The notes beneath the pieces were generated by a model. That model saw nothing but the letters and a program-made list of their open reading frames with translations, was not told the origin of the DNA and searched no databases. The position numbers and the translations under genes were made by a program. Below, in pieces: positions 43,963 to 57,039 of a stretch of DNA of 64,000 nt. The stretch is from TPA_inf: Saccharomyces (lineage: Eukaryota), in the NCBI GenBank assembly GCA_000146045.2, contig BK006949.2, positions 416,001-480,000 of the forward strand. Direction: 5' to 3'. The stretch's first letter is position 1; each line of letters starts with the position of its first letter.

Positions 43963-44559
43963 ATGTTTCATTTAGTCAAGGGACTTTACAATAATTGGAA
44001 TAAAAAGGAACAATATTCAATTCTAATATTAGGTCTAGACAATGCAGGCAAAACGACGTTCTTGGAGACATTGAAAAAGGAATACTCTCTGGCGTTCAAA
44101 GCCTTGGAAAAGATACAGCCTACGGTAGGACAAAATGTGGCGACAATACCCGTTGACAGTAAACAGATCTTGAAGTTTTGGGATGTAGGTGGTCAAGAAT
44201 CACTGAGATCAATGTGGTCCGAATACTATTCCCTATGTCATGGTATAATTTTCATTGTGGATAGTTCAGATAGAGAACGATTAGACGAATGTTCCACGAC
44301 CCTACAGTCAGTTGTAATGGATGAAGAAATTGAAGGTGTACCCATCTTGATGCTGGCCAATAAACAAGATAGACAAGATAGAATGGAAGTACAAGATATA
44401 AAAGAAGTATTTAATAAGATTGCGGAACATATAAGCGCTAGAGATAGTAGGGTTTTACCAATAAGCGCATTGACTGGAGAAGGTGTTAAAGACGCTATAG
44501 AATGGATGATTGTTAGACTAGAAAGGAATAAAAAGTCAAGACCACCGATTTATAAATGA
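43963..44559 (+). CDS. ARL3: ARF-like small GTPase, 198 aa.
   Basis: ATG at 43963. G1 GLDNAGKTT, G3 WDVGGQ, G4 NKQD. Matches YPL051W. Confidence 0.85.
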   Translation: MFHLVKGLYNNWNKKEQYSILILGLDNAGKTTFLETLKKEYSLAFKALEKIQPTVGQNVATIPVDSKQILKFWDVGGQESLRSMWSEYYSLCHGIIFIVDSSDRERLDECSTTLQSVVMDEEIEGVPILMLANKQDRQDRMEVQDIKEVFNKIAEHISARDSRVLPISALTGEGVKDAIEWMIVRLERNKKSRPPIYK

Positions 44560-44778
44560 TAAAGAAGCACCAAAAGAAATAAAATGTGAATGGTTTATTC
44601 TCAAGCTCAGAAATTAGTTGTTGTAGCACTTTTTATTCGGCATTTTTTAATATACATGTGTAAATTATATATATATATATATGAATATATATCTTGTTTT
44701 GTTTATTTTCAACTAATAATCGCAACAATATTATCTTTCAATAACGCTATAGCTTCTGTATGCTTTTTGCTCAGTTGC

Positions 44779-45972
<1,194 letters not shown>

Positions 45973-46244
45973 CTAACTTTTTATTCTAGCTCTTTTAAAT
46001 TCTTCTGTTTGAAAAATACTAAAATTGATGCTATTCTCTTCTTACTTTCACAAAGTGCGGAAGGAAAAATAGGTTCAGAAATAACGGGTCCCAAGAGCGG
46101 CTAACAGAAAATAATAAAAGCTTTTCTACCAATTGAGAATCCGCTTGGTTGACGACTTTTCCTCCTTTATTATTCTTGATTTGGTGTTCTGTTTTACTTA
46201 TATCAAAATACTTCAACGCCAAATCCGCTACAACGATGGAAAGG

Positions 46245-46266
46245 AAAAAAAAAAAAAAAAAAAAAA
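46245..46266. repeat. Poly(dA:dT) tract, 22 nt, in the MNN9 promoter / DIG1 3' region.
   Basis: A22 run on the plus strand. Confidence 0.9.
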
Positions 46267-46390
46267 GACAAACCAATGCTGTCGTGTCTAGTGACGATAA
46301 AGGCTGTAACTATTAATAAGGTGAATACTCACCCTCATCTTTTAGTTTATCAAACTTATATAAAAATTGTGTATGTACTGAATTGTCCTT

Positions 46391-46458
46391 GGTGTGCGAG
46401 TGAGAGTGTGTGTGTGAGTGCGTGTGTGAGTAGGTGAGTGTATGCGAGTGTATGTAAG
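46391..46458. repeat. TG/GTGAGTG-rich alternating purine-pyrimidine microsatellite.
   Basis: GGTGTGCGAGTGAGAGTGTGTGTGTGAGTGCGTGTGTGAGTAGGTGAGTGTATGCGAGTGTATGTAAG. Confidence 0.85.
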
Positions 46459-46480
46459 TTTATAAGTGCCTGTGTGGCTA

Positions 46481-47839
46481 CTATTTTCCGGTTCTGTGAT
46501 GTGATGATGATTTTTTTGTCAGCTCCTTTGATTCATTCCATACTTTATTACATATGCTCATAAACATTTTCTTGTCTACATTGCTAGAGCTCAGGGGGAA
46601 CTCGAAGGCAAAAATATGCGATGAGAGTCGGATTTCGCCTTGAAGAAGACTAGGTGATTGCTGCTGCGGCTGCGAGGTCCGCTGGAACGTAGTAAAAGTG
46701 GGAGTGGGGACCGCTCCGTCCTCGATGGCCAAGTCCGTACCCTCTTCTTCGTCTTTATTGGGTTCTGCCTCATGCCATGAACTCCTGTCCCGGTTTGTGC
46801 TTGTGCTTGTACTTGTGCTTGTGCTTGCGCTTCTGGCTTTCGTGTTGGCCGAGAGTAATGCATCCCGTTCAAAGTGGTATTCTTCAGCAGGTATCATATC
46901 TGCTGGGCGTAGATCCGCGCGCTGTTGCGTAGGACCGGCATTCGCACTTGATCCTACGCTAGAATTTCTTGAGCCTTCCTCGGATCGTCTGGTTTTCCCA
47001 GTGGAAGCGGTGCCACTCAAAGGCGAATCATATGAGTCGTTAACCCTCTTGTTTCTGTAATTGCTAGCACTATACTCATTTTCTTCGTAGGGCCTAGCGT
47101 TGCCACCTTGCATAGCATAAGGAATGGAGGTCCGCGGTCCCATTGGATATGGATACGACACGTAGGGTGTCATTATGGGCTTGTTCAGCATGTGAGGTGG
47201 AGGGATACCGTACGGATTATAATATGGTGACATTATGTAGCGATTCATGGGCATGTAAGGGTTCATGGCGCTCATGATGCCCGCCGAGGGCATGTGTGGT
47301 TTCCCATAACTATTGCTGCTATTATTCACTTGTATAGATTGTCTAGAACTGGCCTTTCCCAAGTATTGGACACGGGGCTGGAACTTGGAATGCTGAGTAA
47401 CTTGTGCGGGCGCGCTTTTCACGTTTTGATTAGCAACAGGAGGAAAATGTGCAGAGTTAGACGAAGCCAAGTTGCCGTCCTTAATATTACCACCGTGTGT
47501 ATTAGTGTTGCTATCCGATAAATTCAAAGGCGCCGGGACTCTGCCCCTCTTCAATGATTTCTTCGGATTCTTCAATGGTTGGGCTTTCCTCTTCTTCGCA
47601 GTGGCTGTCTCAGAATCCTCATGATCTGCTTCCTTGTCACCAGAGTCATCCTCCTCAGGGACATGCTCTAGCTCCGACTCCTGACCAACGCTGTTTCCGC
47701 CTGGCGAATTCTTAATGTTGCTATCGCTGCTGCCCTTAGCATTTGCTACACTGATTTCTGTATCACCAATTGGATCTTGTGTTGATTTAGCAATGGATGT
47801 ATCCTCGGCAGTCGTTCTCAAACGGGCTGATACGGCCAT
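46481..47839 (-). CDS. DIG1: MAPK-responsive negative regulator of Ste12 (invasive growth / mating), 452 aa from the ATG. The track start at 47845 is GTG.
   Basis: ATG at 47837-47839. Starting there gives 452 aa, matching YPL049C. (ST)n tract RSASTSTSTSTSTNRD and a Pro/Tyr/Met-rich segment. Confidence 0.75.
   Translation of the reverse strand: MAVSARLRTTAEDTSIAKSTQDPIGDTEISVANAKGSSDSNIKNSPGGNSVGQESELEHVPEEDDSGDKEADHEDSETATAKKRKAQPLKNPKKSLKRGRVPAPLNLSDSNTNTHGGNIKDGNLASSNSAHFPPVANQNVKSAPAQVTQHSKFQPRVQYLGKASSRQSIQVNNSSNSYGKPHMPSAGIMSAMNPYMPMNRYIMSPYYNPYGIPPPHMLNKPIMTPYVSYPYPMGPRTSIPYAMQGGNARPYEENEYSASNYRNKRVNDSYDSPLSGTASTGKTRRSEEGSRNSSVGSSANAGPTQQRADLRPADMIPAEEYHFERDALLSANTKARSASTSTSTSTSTNRDRSSWHEAEPNKDEEEGTDLAIEDGAVPTPTFTTFQRTSQPQQQSPSLLQGEIRLSSHIFAFEFPLSSSNVDKKMFMSICNKVWNESKELTKKSSSHHRTGK
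46795..46835 (-). repeat. In-frame hexanucleotide (AGCACA-like) repeat inside DIG1, encoding (Ser-Thr)n.
   Basis: The plus strand reads TGTGCTTGTGCTTGTACTTGTGCTTGTGCTTGCGCTTCT. The protein reads STSTSTSTSTST. Confidence 0.85.
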
Positions 47840-48400
47840 TCTCACTTTCTATTTTCTTCTTTGAGAAACAATACCAAAATTTGTTACTGATTTGATTCTT
47901 TTTAAGTGCGTTTCTTCTGTATAAGCTAAAAAAACGCAAAGCACAAAGCGGAAAAACTAAACCTAATAAACTTCCCCCAGCGAGAAACAGATGTAAAGAA
48001 CAACCGTATCAAGTGGCGAAGCAGCTGCTTATAAGTAAAGCCCAAGGCCCACCAACGCATACATGCAAGGCCTGTGCAAGCCGACTGCTGCTTGTTTCAT
48101 CTTCCGCTCGCGGTGACCCACTCGGGGAATTTCTCACGCTTGCTGCTGCAGGTCGTTGGGCGTTGATTCCTGTTTTTTTCTTTCGTTTTTTCAATCCGCG
48201 GGAGTGAGACATGATTAGTGTAGTCCTTGTAGAGTTCCTTATTTATTTTTTTATTAGTTTTCTTGTTTTCGTTTATCAGCAGGGTTTGGTTGTGTTGCTT
48301 GGCAGCCCGCAAATTGGTCTTCCCTCCTTGTTATTGTATTTTCTGTTATTAGAGCATACAGAACATAGAAACTCAAGATCAGATACAGTTTTTGCACGCC

Positions 48401-49648
48401 ATGTCTCAAGGTACTTTATATGCTAACTTCAGAATTAGAACTTGGGTCCCAAGAGGTCTTGTCAAGGCTTTGAAGCTGGACGTTAAGGTTGTTACGCCAG
48501 ATGCCGCCGCTGAACAGTTCGCAAGGGACTTTCCCTTGAAGAAGGTTCCGGCTTTCGTGGGTCCAAAGGGTTACAAGCTAACCGAGGCAATGGCGATTAA
48601 CTATTATTTAGTAAAGCTTTCACAGGACGACAAGATGAAGACTCAACTTTTAGGTGCCGACGATGACTTAAATGCCCAAGCGCAAATCATCAGATGGCAA
48701 TCTTTGGCCAACAGTGATCTGTGCATCCAGATTGCCAACACCATCGTTCCCTTGAAGGGCGGCGCCCCCTACAACAAGAAGAGCGTTGATTCTGCGATGG
48801 ACGCTGTTGACAAGATCGTCGACATCTTCGAGAACAGATTGAAAAACTACACCTATTTGGCTACGGAAAACATCTCCTTGGCCGACTTGGTGGCTGCCTC
48901 GATTTTCACCAGATACTTTGAAAGCCTGTTCGGTACTGAATGGAGAGCTCAACATCCAGCCATCGTGAGATGGTTCAACACCGTTAGAGCCTCACCCTTC
49001 TTGAAGGATGAATACAAGGATTTCAAGTTCGCTGACAAGCCATTGAGTCCCCCTCAAAAGAAGAAGGAAAAGAAGGCCCCAGCCGCCGCTCCCGCCGCTT
49101 CGAAGAAGAAGGAGGAAGCCAAGCCAGCTGCTACCGAAACTGAAACTTCTTCCAAGAAACCAAAGCACCCATTAGAATTATTGGGCAAGTCAACTTTCGT
49201 TTTGGATGACTGGAAGAGAAAGTACTCCAATGAAGACACCAGACCAGTTGCTTTACCTTGGTTTTGGGAGCACTACAACCCAGAAGAGTATTCCCTGTGG
49301 AAAGTCACCTACAAGTACAACGATGAATTGACTTTGACTTTCATGTCCAACAACTTGGTCGGTGGTTTCTTCAACAGATTGTCCGCCTCTACCAAGTACA
49401 TGTTCGGTTGTCTGGTAGTCTACGGTGAAAACAACAACAACGGTATTGTTGGTGCAGTTATGGTTAGGGGCCAAGATTACGTTCCAGCTTTCGATGTCGC
49501 ACCAGATTGGGAATCTTACGACTATGCAAAGTTGGATCCAACTAACGACGACGACAAAGAATTCATCAATAACATGTGGGCCTGGGATAAGCCAGTTTCC
49601 GTCAATGGCGAACCAAAGGAAATTGTTGACGGTAAGGTCTTAAAATAA
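48401..49648 (+). CDS. CAM1: EF-1B-gamma-like protein (GST N- and C-domains plus the EF1G C-terminal domain), 415 aa from the ATG. The track start at 48392 is TTG.
   Basis: ATG at 48401. The EF1-gamma C-terminal domain region KSTFVLDDWKRKYSNED...WKVTYKYNDELTLTFMSNNLVGGFFNRL. Lys/Ala/Pro-rich linker. Matches YPL048W. Confidence 0.85.
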   Translation: MSQGTLYANFRIRTWVPRGLVKALKLDVKVVTPDAAAEQFARDFPLKKVPAFVGPKGYKLTEAMAINYYLVKLSQDDKMKTQLLGADDDLNAQAQIIRWQSLANSDLCIQIANTIVPLKGGAPYNKKSVDSAMDAVDKIVDIFENRLKNYTYLATENISLADLVAASIFTRYFESLFGTEWRAQHPAIVRWFNTVRASPFLKDEYKDFKFADKPLSPPQKKKEKKAPAAAPAASKKKEEAKPAATETETSSKKPKHPLELLGKSTFVLDDWKRKYSNEDTRPVALPWFWEHYNPEEYSLWKVTYKYNDELTLTFMSNNLVGGFFNRLSASTKYMFGCLVVYGENNNNGIVGAVMVRGQDYVPAFDVAPDWESYDYAKLDPTNDDDKEFINNMWAWDKPVSVNGEPKEIVDGKVLK

Positions 49649-49961
49649 TCTCTTCGTACTATCCTTCATGTCGCCTTTTATTATAAAGTATGCTAGGTAG
49701 TTTTATCTATATCTTATTTATGACGCAATATAGGGTAACAGAGTTTTTCTGCTCTGAAACTTCCGCAGAAAAAAAATCAAGTTTTCCTTTTCGTATCTTG
49801 GATTATTGTTATATAATAGATGCATGTATTATATGTATAGCAGTGATTTGCTTATTTTCTTGATTCTGAGGAATCGAAGAAGTAACTTAGCGTTTCTTCC
49901 GTTGAGCAGAGCAGTATAATAATCCTTCAAATTCTTTAGGTTACGGGGTTTTCCTGTTGCG

Positions 49962-50261
49962 ATGACCGAAGAAACTATTACTATAGATTCTATTTCAAAT
50001 GGGATACTGAATAACCTGTTAACCACATTGATCCAGGACATTGTAGCTCGGGAAACCACTCAACAACAATTGCTGAAGACAAGATATCCGGATCTTCGCA
50101 GTTATTATTTCGACCCGAACGGATCTCTCGATATTAATGGACTACAGAAGCAACAAGAGTCCTCTCAGTATATTCACTGTGAGAATTGTGGCAGGGATGT
50201 GTCCGCAAACAGACTAGCAGCTCATTTACAGAGATGTTTGAGTAGGGGTGCTAGACGTTGA
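49962..50261 (+). CDS. SGF11: SAGA deubiquitination-module subunit with a C-terminal C2H2-like zinc finger, 99 aa.
   Basis: ATG at 49962. Zinc-binding residues in CENCGRDVSANRLAAHLQRC. Matches YPL047W. Confidence 0.8.
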   Translation: MTEETITIDSISNGILNNLLTTLIQDIVARETTQQQLLKTRYPDLRSYYFDPNGSLDINGLQKQQESSQYIHCENCGRDVSANRLAAHLQRCLSRGARR

Positions 50262-50643
50262 CACTAGGTGGTGGTTTATGGGTAATTGAAAAGGCACAGA
50301 CAGATTTTAGCCCATTTCTTGTGGGCATAGGTTCATAAAAAAAGCAAGATTCTTACATTTTATGCGGCATATCTGCACATAGAAGTTCATGTAGTTATGT
50401 GGTAACATCTCAAAGAGAGAAGGCGAAAACTGTTTTAGCTATTAACTACATGTTTTTATAATAGCACCTCCCATATATGATGCCAAATGATACCTTGCAT
50501 TCCGTTATGTGGAAGGGTTACACATAAGTACGCTATAACAATGCATTCAATTTTCTACATATCAGAGTAATATGCTGCAACATCACACCCATATAATATA
50601 ATTTTTTGAAAGAGTTCCTAACTCTTTTTTGTTTTTCCTGTAC

Positions 50644-50943
50644 CTATATACTCAAATAGTCCGCCGCAAGTAGCAGCTCTAACGACATTTCTGTCGGTAT
50701 TTCAAACTCTGGAATCTCATCATCGTCCTCGCTAACGCCGCTGTACTTCAAATTATAATTTAAATATTCCACAGCCTTTTCTAGAATATGCGAGTCAAAC
50801 TGCTTGAGCTCTATTCGGCCTTTGCTTTCCCTGAAGGGTCCCTCAATCATAGCTTTTAACGTCGGTGAAATCATCGCAGCAGATCGTGATATCTCATATT
50901 CCTTATCATCTTTTGATACTAACGTAACGAAATCTTGAGACAT
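50644..50943 (-). CDS. ELC1: Elongin C (Skp1/BTB-fold), 99 aa.
   Basis: Similar to Skp1/elongin C. The length matches YPL046C. Confidence 0.8.
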   Translation of the reverse strand: MSQDFVTLVSKDDKEYEISRSAAMISPTLKAMIEGPFRESKGRIELKQFDSHILEKAVEYLNYNLKYSGVSEDDDEIPEFEIPTEMSLELLLAADYLSI

Positions 50944-51259
50944 TTAGTTATGGTTTTTTATTCATAAATTTCTGACAAAAGCAAACAATAGGAAGAGTTT
51001 GTTCTACCTTTGTCTGTTTTCGACTTACTTGTGCTTCCTTTTTTTTTTTACTTCTTGATTTTCCACTTCTTTTTTTTTGATTTTGGGAACGTACAATAAG
51101 GCACCAAATAGTAATATCGCTATTAAAGTCAGCGTAAATACCAAACCTATATCCCTAATGATTATAAGCAATCGTCTCCATATCAATCAATAGAGGAAAA
51201 AAGGAGAGAAAGGAATAGTACAGACGGATAGGCCTCCCTTTTGTTTCGCACTAATAAAA

Positions 51260-53656
51260 ATGAAAAACCCTAGCTTCGACTGGGAAAGATTGAAAGACGT
51301 ATTTTATAGAAGCAGAGCCATTGGCGAATTAAAATGGCCAACTCAGTACGAGGAGTTCAAATGTGCCTTGTCATTAACTGTTATCGCGGTTGAAATTCAA
51401 GACTTTATACAAGTATACAATTATTTTGGGCAGCTGTTAGGCAAGATAAATTTGCAAAGAATTCATGAGGATATAATAAAGTTTGAGTTCGATAAAGACG
51501 AGAAGCTGATATTGGTCACGAAAAGCTCCATCAAAATTGTGAAAGGTTGGTCGCCACTGACGATAGAAAGTGTCCCATTACAGGACCCAACCATTGATAC
51601 TATCTGGGACTATCACAATGGAATCATGTTGTTAGCAAAATCTCGTGATATATACAAGTTAAACGGAAATGAATGGGAACTTCTTTACGAGAACAAAGAT
51701 AAAAAATATAATTTATTGACAAAAAACCACTGGAGTTGCAATGATGACTCCATCATTTTACTGGATGTTGATCATGTATATCAAGTAAGCACCTCGAACG
51801 GGGCACTATTGAAGTTAATCACAGATTCGTCGTGGCACAAGGTAACGATCTCATCTAGAGGATTTATTTGCCTTTATAATATGAAGGACAATAAACTGCA
51901 GATTTTCAGAGATCCAGCAAGAATACTAATGGAACACAACTTGGATTCTACACCAGATGATATATGTTGGTGTGGCAATGATACCGTTGCTTGTTCTTTC
52001 GAGGACGAAATCAAATTATACGGCCCAGATGGTTTGTATGTAACATTTTGGTACCCTTTTACTGTAACTAACCTAAGGGCAGAGGTTGATGGGTTGAAGG
52101 TTATTACCACTGAAAAGATTTACTTTCTATCCAGGGTACAACCTCAGACTTCTAATATATTTAGAATTGGCTCAACCGAGCCTGGTGCAATGCTTGTTGA
52201 CTCATTTAGTTTACTGGAGGATCATGCACCCAAAGCAATTGAAATATTAAAGAATTTTGTCTTAGAGAAGGGTGTACTGGACTGTATTGCTGCTGCAATA
52301 GACGAATTTGAACCTAAACTACAGAAGATGTTGTTGAACGCTGCATCTTATGGAAAAGCTTCTTTGCAGTACAAGTCATTTGACGCTAGTATATTTGTGA
52401 ATGCGTGTAATACGATAAAATTATTAAACTGCTTCAGAAGTTTTGGTATTTTTTTGACTGTGGAGGAATACAGGTGTATTTCTTTGAAAGGTGTCATTGA
52501 TAGGCTGTTGAAGTATCACAGATATTATGAGTGCATACAGATATGCAAATTGGCCAATGAACGATTTCTGTTAGGATACGTGTTTACTGAGTGGGCAAAG
52601 GATAAAATCAAGGGTAGTCCTGACATGGAAGATGATGAGTTACTAGACAAAATCAAATCTCGACTAAGTGTTATAGATATGACGGATACATTACAAATGG
52701 TAGCAGTTGCGAAAGTTGCATATCTTGAAGGAAGGTTCCAGTTATCCCGTAATTTAGCTTTATTAGAGAAAAACGAAGAAGCTAGAATTGAGCAACTGTA
52801 TAATCTTGATGATGATAGTATAGCGCTAAAGGAGTGTATCAAAGTACAAAATTACAGTCTGACAATTTCATTACTGATTGCACTTTCCAAAAAGCTGACA
52901 AACTCTCAACTGACGAAGCTTTTGATCATTGATATGTTCAACAATCCCTTATATCTCTATTATATGAGAATGGATAAAGCATACTTGTACGATTTTTACC
53001 GCCAAACTGACCGATTTATTGACTTGGCTCACGTATTACTGCAGCAGGGAAAAGAACAGCAATCTTTACACAGCTTTTTACCGCAAATTAAGGACCTTTA
53101 TAGCCAAGTTCAAAACAGTGAAGTGGTCAACAATACAATAGAACAACTTCAAAGACAGGAAAAGTTGTGGATATACCAAGAATCATTAGGCAAAAGATTT
53201 GCTATATCATTCACTAATATGACTTTAGATCAAACGCTTTCGAAGTTAATAGAAACAGGGCAAGATAAACAGGTGAAAGAAATAGTTAAAAAGTTCAAAA
53301 TAAGCGAAAAAAAGCTGTATCACCTGAAATGTAAAACGTTAGTCGAAGCTAAGAAGTTTGACGAACTACTACAGTTTGCTCAGTCGCGGAAATCACCAAT
53401 TGGTTACATGCCTTTCTACACATACTTAAAAAGCAGAGGCCATATGGATAAAGCTAGTCCTTATGTTAATATGATACCTGGCCTTTCGTATCAGGAAAAG
53501 AAAAAGCTTTATGTGGAGTGCAGGGGTTTTCGTGATGCAATTCAACTAGCAGGAAAGGAAAAAGACATTCCAGGCTTAAAGGAGATATATAATATTATAC
53601 CACCTAATGAGCCGGAATTAAAGGCATTAGCAAATGAAACTATGAGCAGGATATAG
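51260..53656 (+). CDS. VPS16: HOPS/CORVET core subunit Vps16, 798 aa.
   Basis: ATG at 51260. N-terminal beta-propeller-like region followed by a helical C-terminal domain. The length matches YPL045W. Confidence 0.8.
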   Translation: MKNPSFDWERLKDVFYRSRAIGELKWPTQYEEFKCALSLTVIAVEIQDFIQVYNYFGQLLGKINLQRIHEDIIKFEFDKDEKLILVTKSSIKIVKGWSPLTIESVPLQDPTIDTIWDYHNGIMLLAKSRDIYKLNGNEWELLYENKDKKYNLLTKNHWSCNDDSIILLDVDHVYQVSTSNGALLKLITDSSWHKVTISSRGFICLYNMKDNKLQIFRDPARILMEHNLDSTPDDICWCGNDTVACSFEDEIKLYGPDGLYVTFWYPFTVTNLRAEVDGLKVITTEKIYFLSRVQPQTSNIFRIGSTEPGAMLVDSFSLLEDHAPKAIEILKNFVLEKGVLDCIAAAIDEFEPKLQKMLLNAASYGKASLQYKSFDASIFVNACNTIKLLNCFRSFGIFLTVEEYRCISLKGVIDRLLKYHRYYECIQICKLANERFLLGYVFTEWAKDKIKGSPDMEDDELLDKIKSRLSVIDMTDTLQMVAVAKVAYLEGRFQLSRNLALLEKNEEARIEQLYNLDDDSIALKECIKVQNYSLTISLLIALSKKLTNSQLTKLLIIDMFNNPLYLYYMRMDKAYLYDFYRQTDRFIDLAHVLLQQGKEQQSLHSFLPQIKDLYSQVQNSEVVNNTIEQLQRQEKLWIYQESLGKRFAISFTNMTLDQTLSKLIETGQDKQVKEIVKKFKISEKKLYHLKCKTLVEAKKFDELLQFAQSRKSPIGYMPFYTYLKSRGHMDKASPYVNMIPGLSYQEKKKLYVECRGFRDAIQLAGKEKDIPGLKEIYNIIPPNEPELKALANETMSRI

Positions 53657-53896
53657 AACTCATAATTTATAGACGTTGTGGATATCTAGCCGCATATCAA
53701 ATAATTAAATGCTGCCATTACGTTTGTGCGGTTATATATGTTGGCTCCCTATAGGGTTACCCATGGAACGGCGAAGGAAAAAAAAAATAATTTTCACTGA
53801 AAAATTTCAAGAGTCTATCTCATCTCATCGTTTATTCTGAATTAAATACTACATACAAAATCTTTTTATTAGTAAAATAGTGAGATTTCTTCGTGA

Positions 53897-55996
<2,100 letters not shown>

Positions 55997-57039
55997 AGGT
56001 AGAACCATATTTATAGGAATTTCGATTTGTATTCTCTTTACGTATGTACATTATTTTTCAAAGAGTAGATAGATGAATCTCTAACGTACTCGAAAGCTTT
56101 TATGTCGTTATTTTAGTACTGTTTTACGAGAAGCGCGAGAAACTCTCTACATATACTGTCCAGCATCTCAGTAAATCATACTGAAACCTTATTACCAGTA
56201 TCGCTCCTAGACGTTCCGTTTGAAGTAATAGGCAAGACGAGAATTATTTATTTCCCATGATATACATAATGGTTATAAGTAGACCGCAAATAAAAGTATG
56301 TAAAATTAGCTATGTTTCTACATTGTTTGTGCAATGACTTTTAGGTTCGGCTGGTCATTAATAACTAGGTGATGCTGAATTCACGTATCTTATTAGATAC
56401 ATTTAGAATTCATGACTTCTCCTTTGTATGAGCGTGTCCCTCCTTTTCTTGATGGTTTCAGCCCTTCTACATACTACACAATGTACTTTGTTAACCGATG
56501 ATAACTCTACTTTATACGTAGTTTAGACTTTGAACGGGATGAACTGGTTGTTTCATCCAATGTTTTCGTAAAGTCATTCTTTTTTATGGAAAATGTACAA
56601 AGTTGTTTATATTTTTTGCTATGGTTATTAACCTGAATACCATTAACAGATGTGTTATAATGGGAACATATTACTATTGCCGATAAGTTACGAACAAACC
56701 TACTACTACCATTATATAAAAATTAAGGGGGGTACTTGAAGTCTTTTCTTTCTTCTTTTTTGGGAATGCATGAGATATTCATATGTTTTAAAGCCCCATT
56801 AGTTGAGATGAATTATGACGAAATTCGCATACATCTGCGGAGAACAGGGTTTTAGCTCGACCTAAAATCAACCCATTATTTTACCTGAATGTTGCAGACT
56901 TGCATTCTTAGTGCCTCTAAAGCGAAAAATTGAAACTGTATGCCGATTTAAATACTATAAAGATAAAAAAAAGTTTAATGAATATAATAGTGACAGTGCT
57001 GTGGAATGAAAAATTCCAAATATATATAAAAATAGAAGC

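Noticed and set aside
46391-46458. TG1-3-like repeat considered as telomeric or subtelomeric sequence.
   Set aside because: It is interstitial, only about 70 bp and interrupted by GAG/GCG units. It is flanked by unique single-copy genes in the normal chromosome-arm order. It is a microsatellite, not a telomere.
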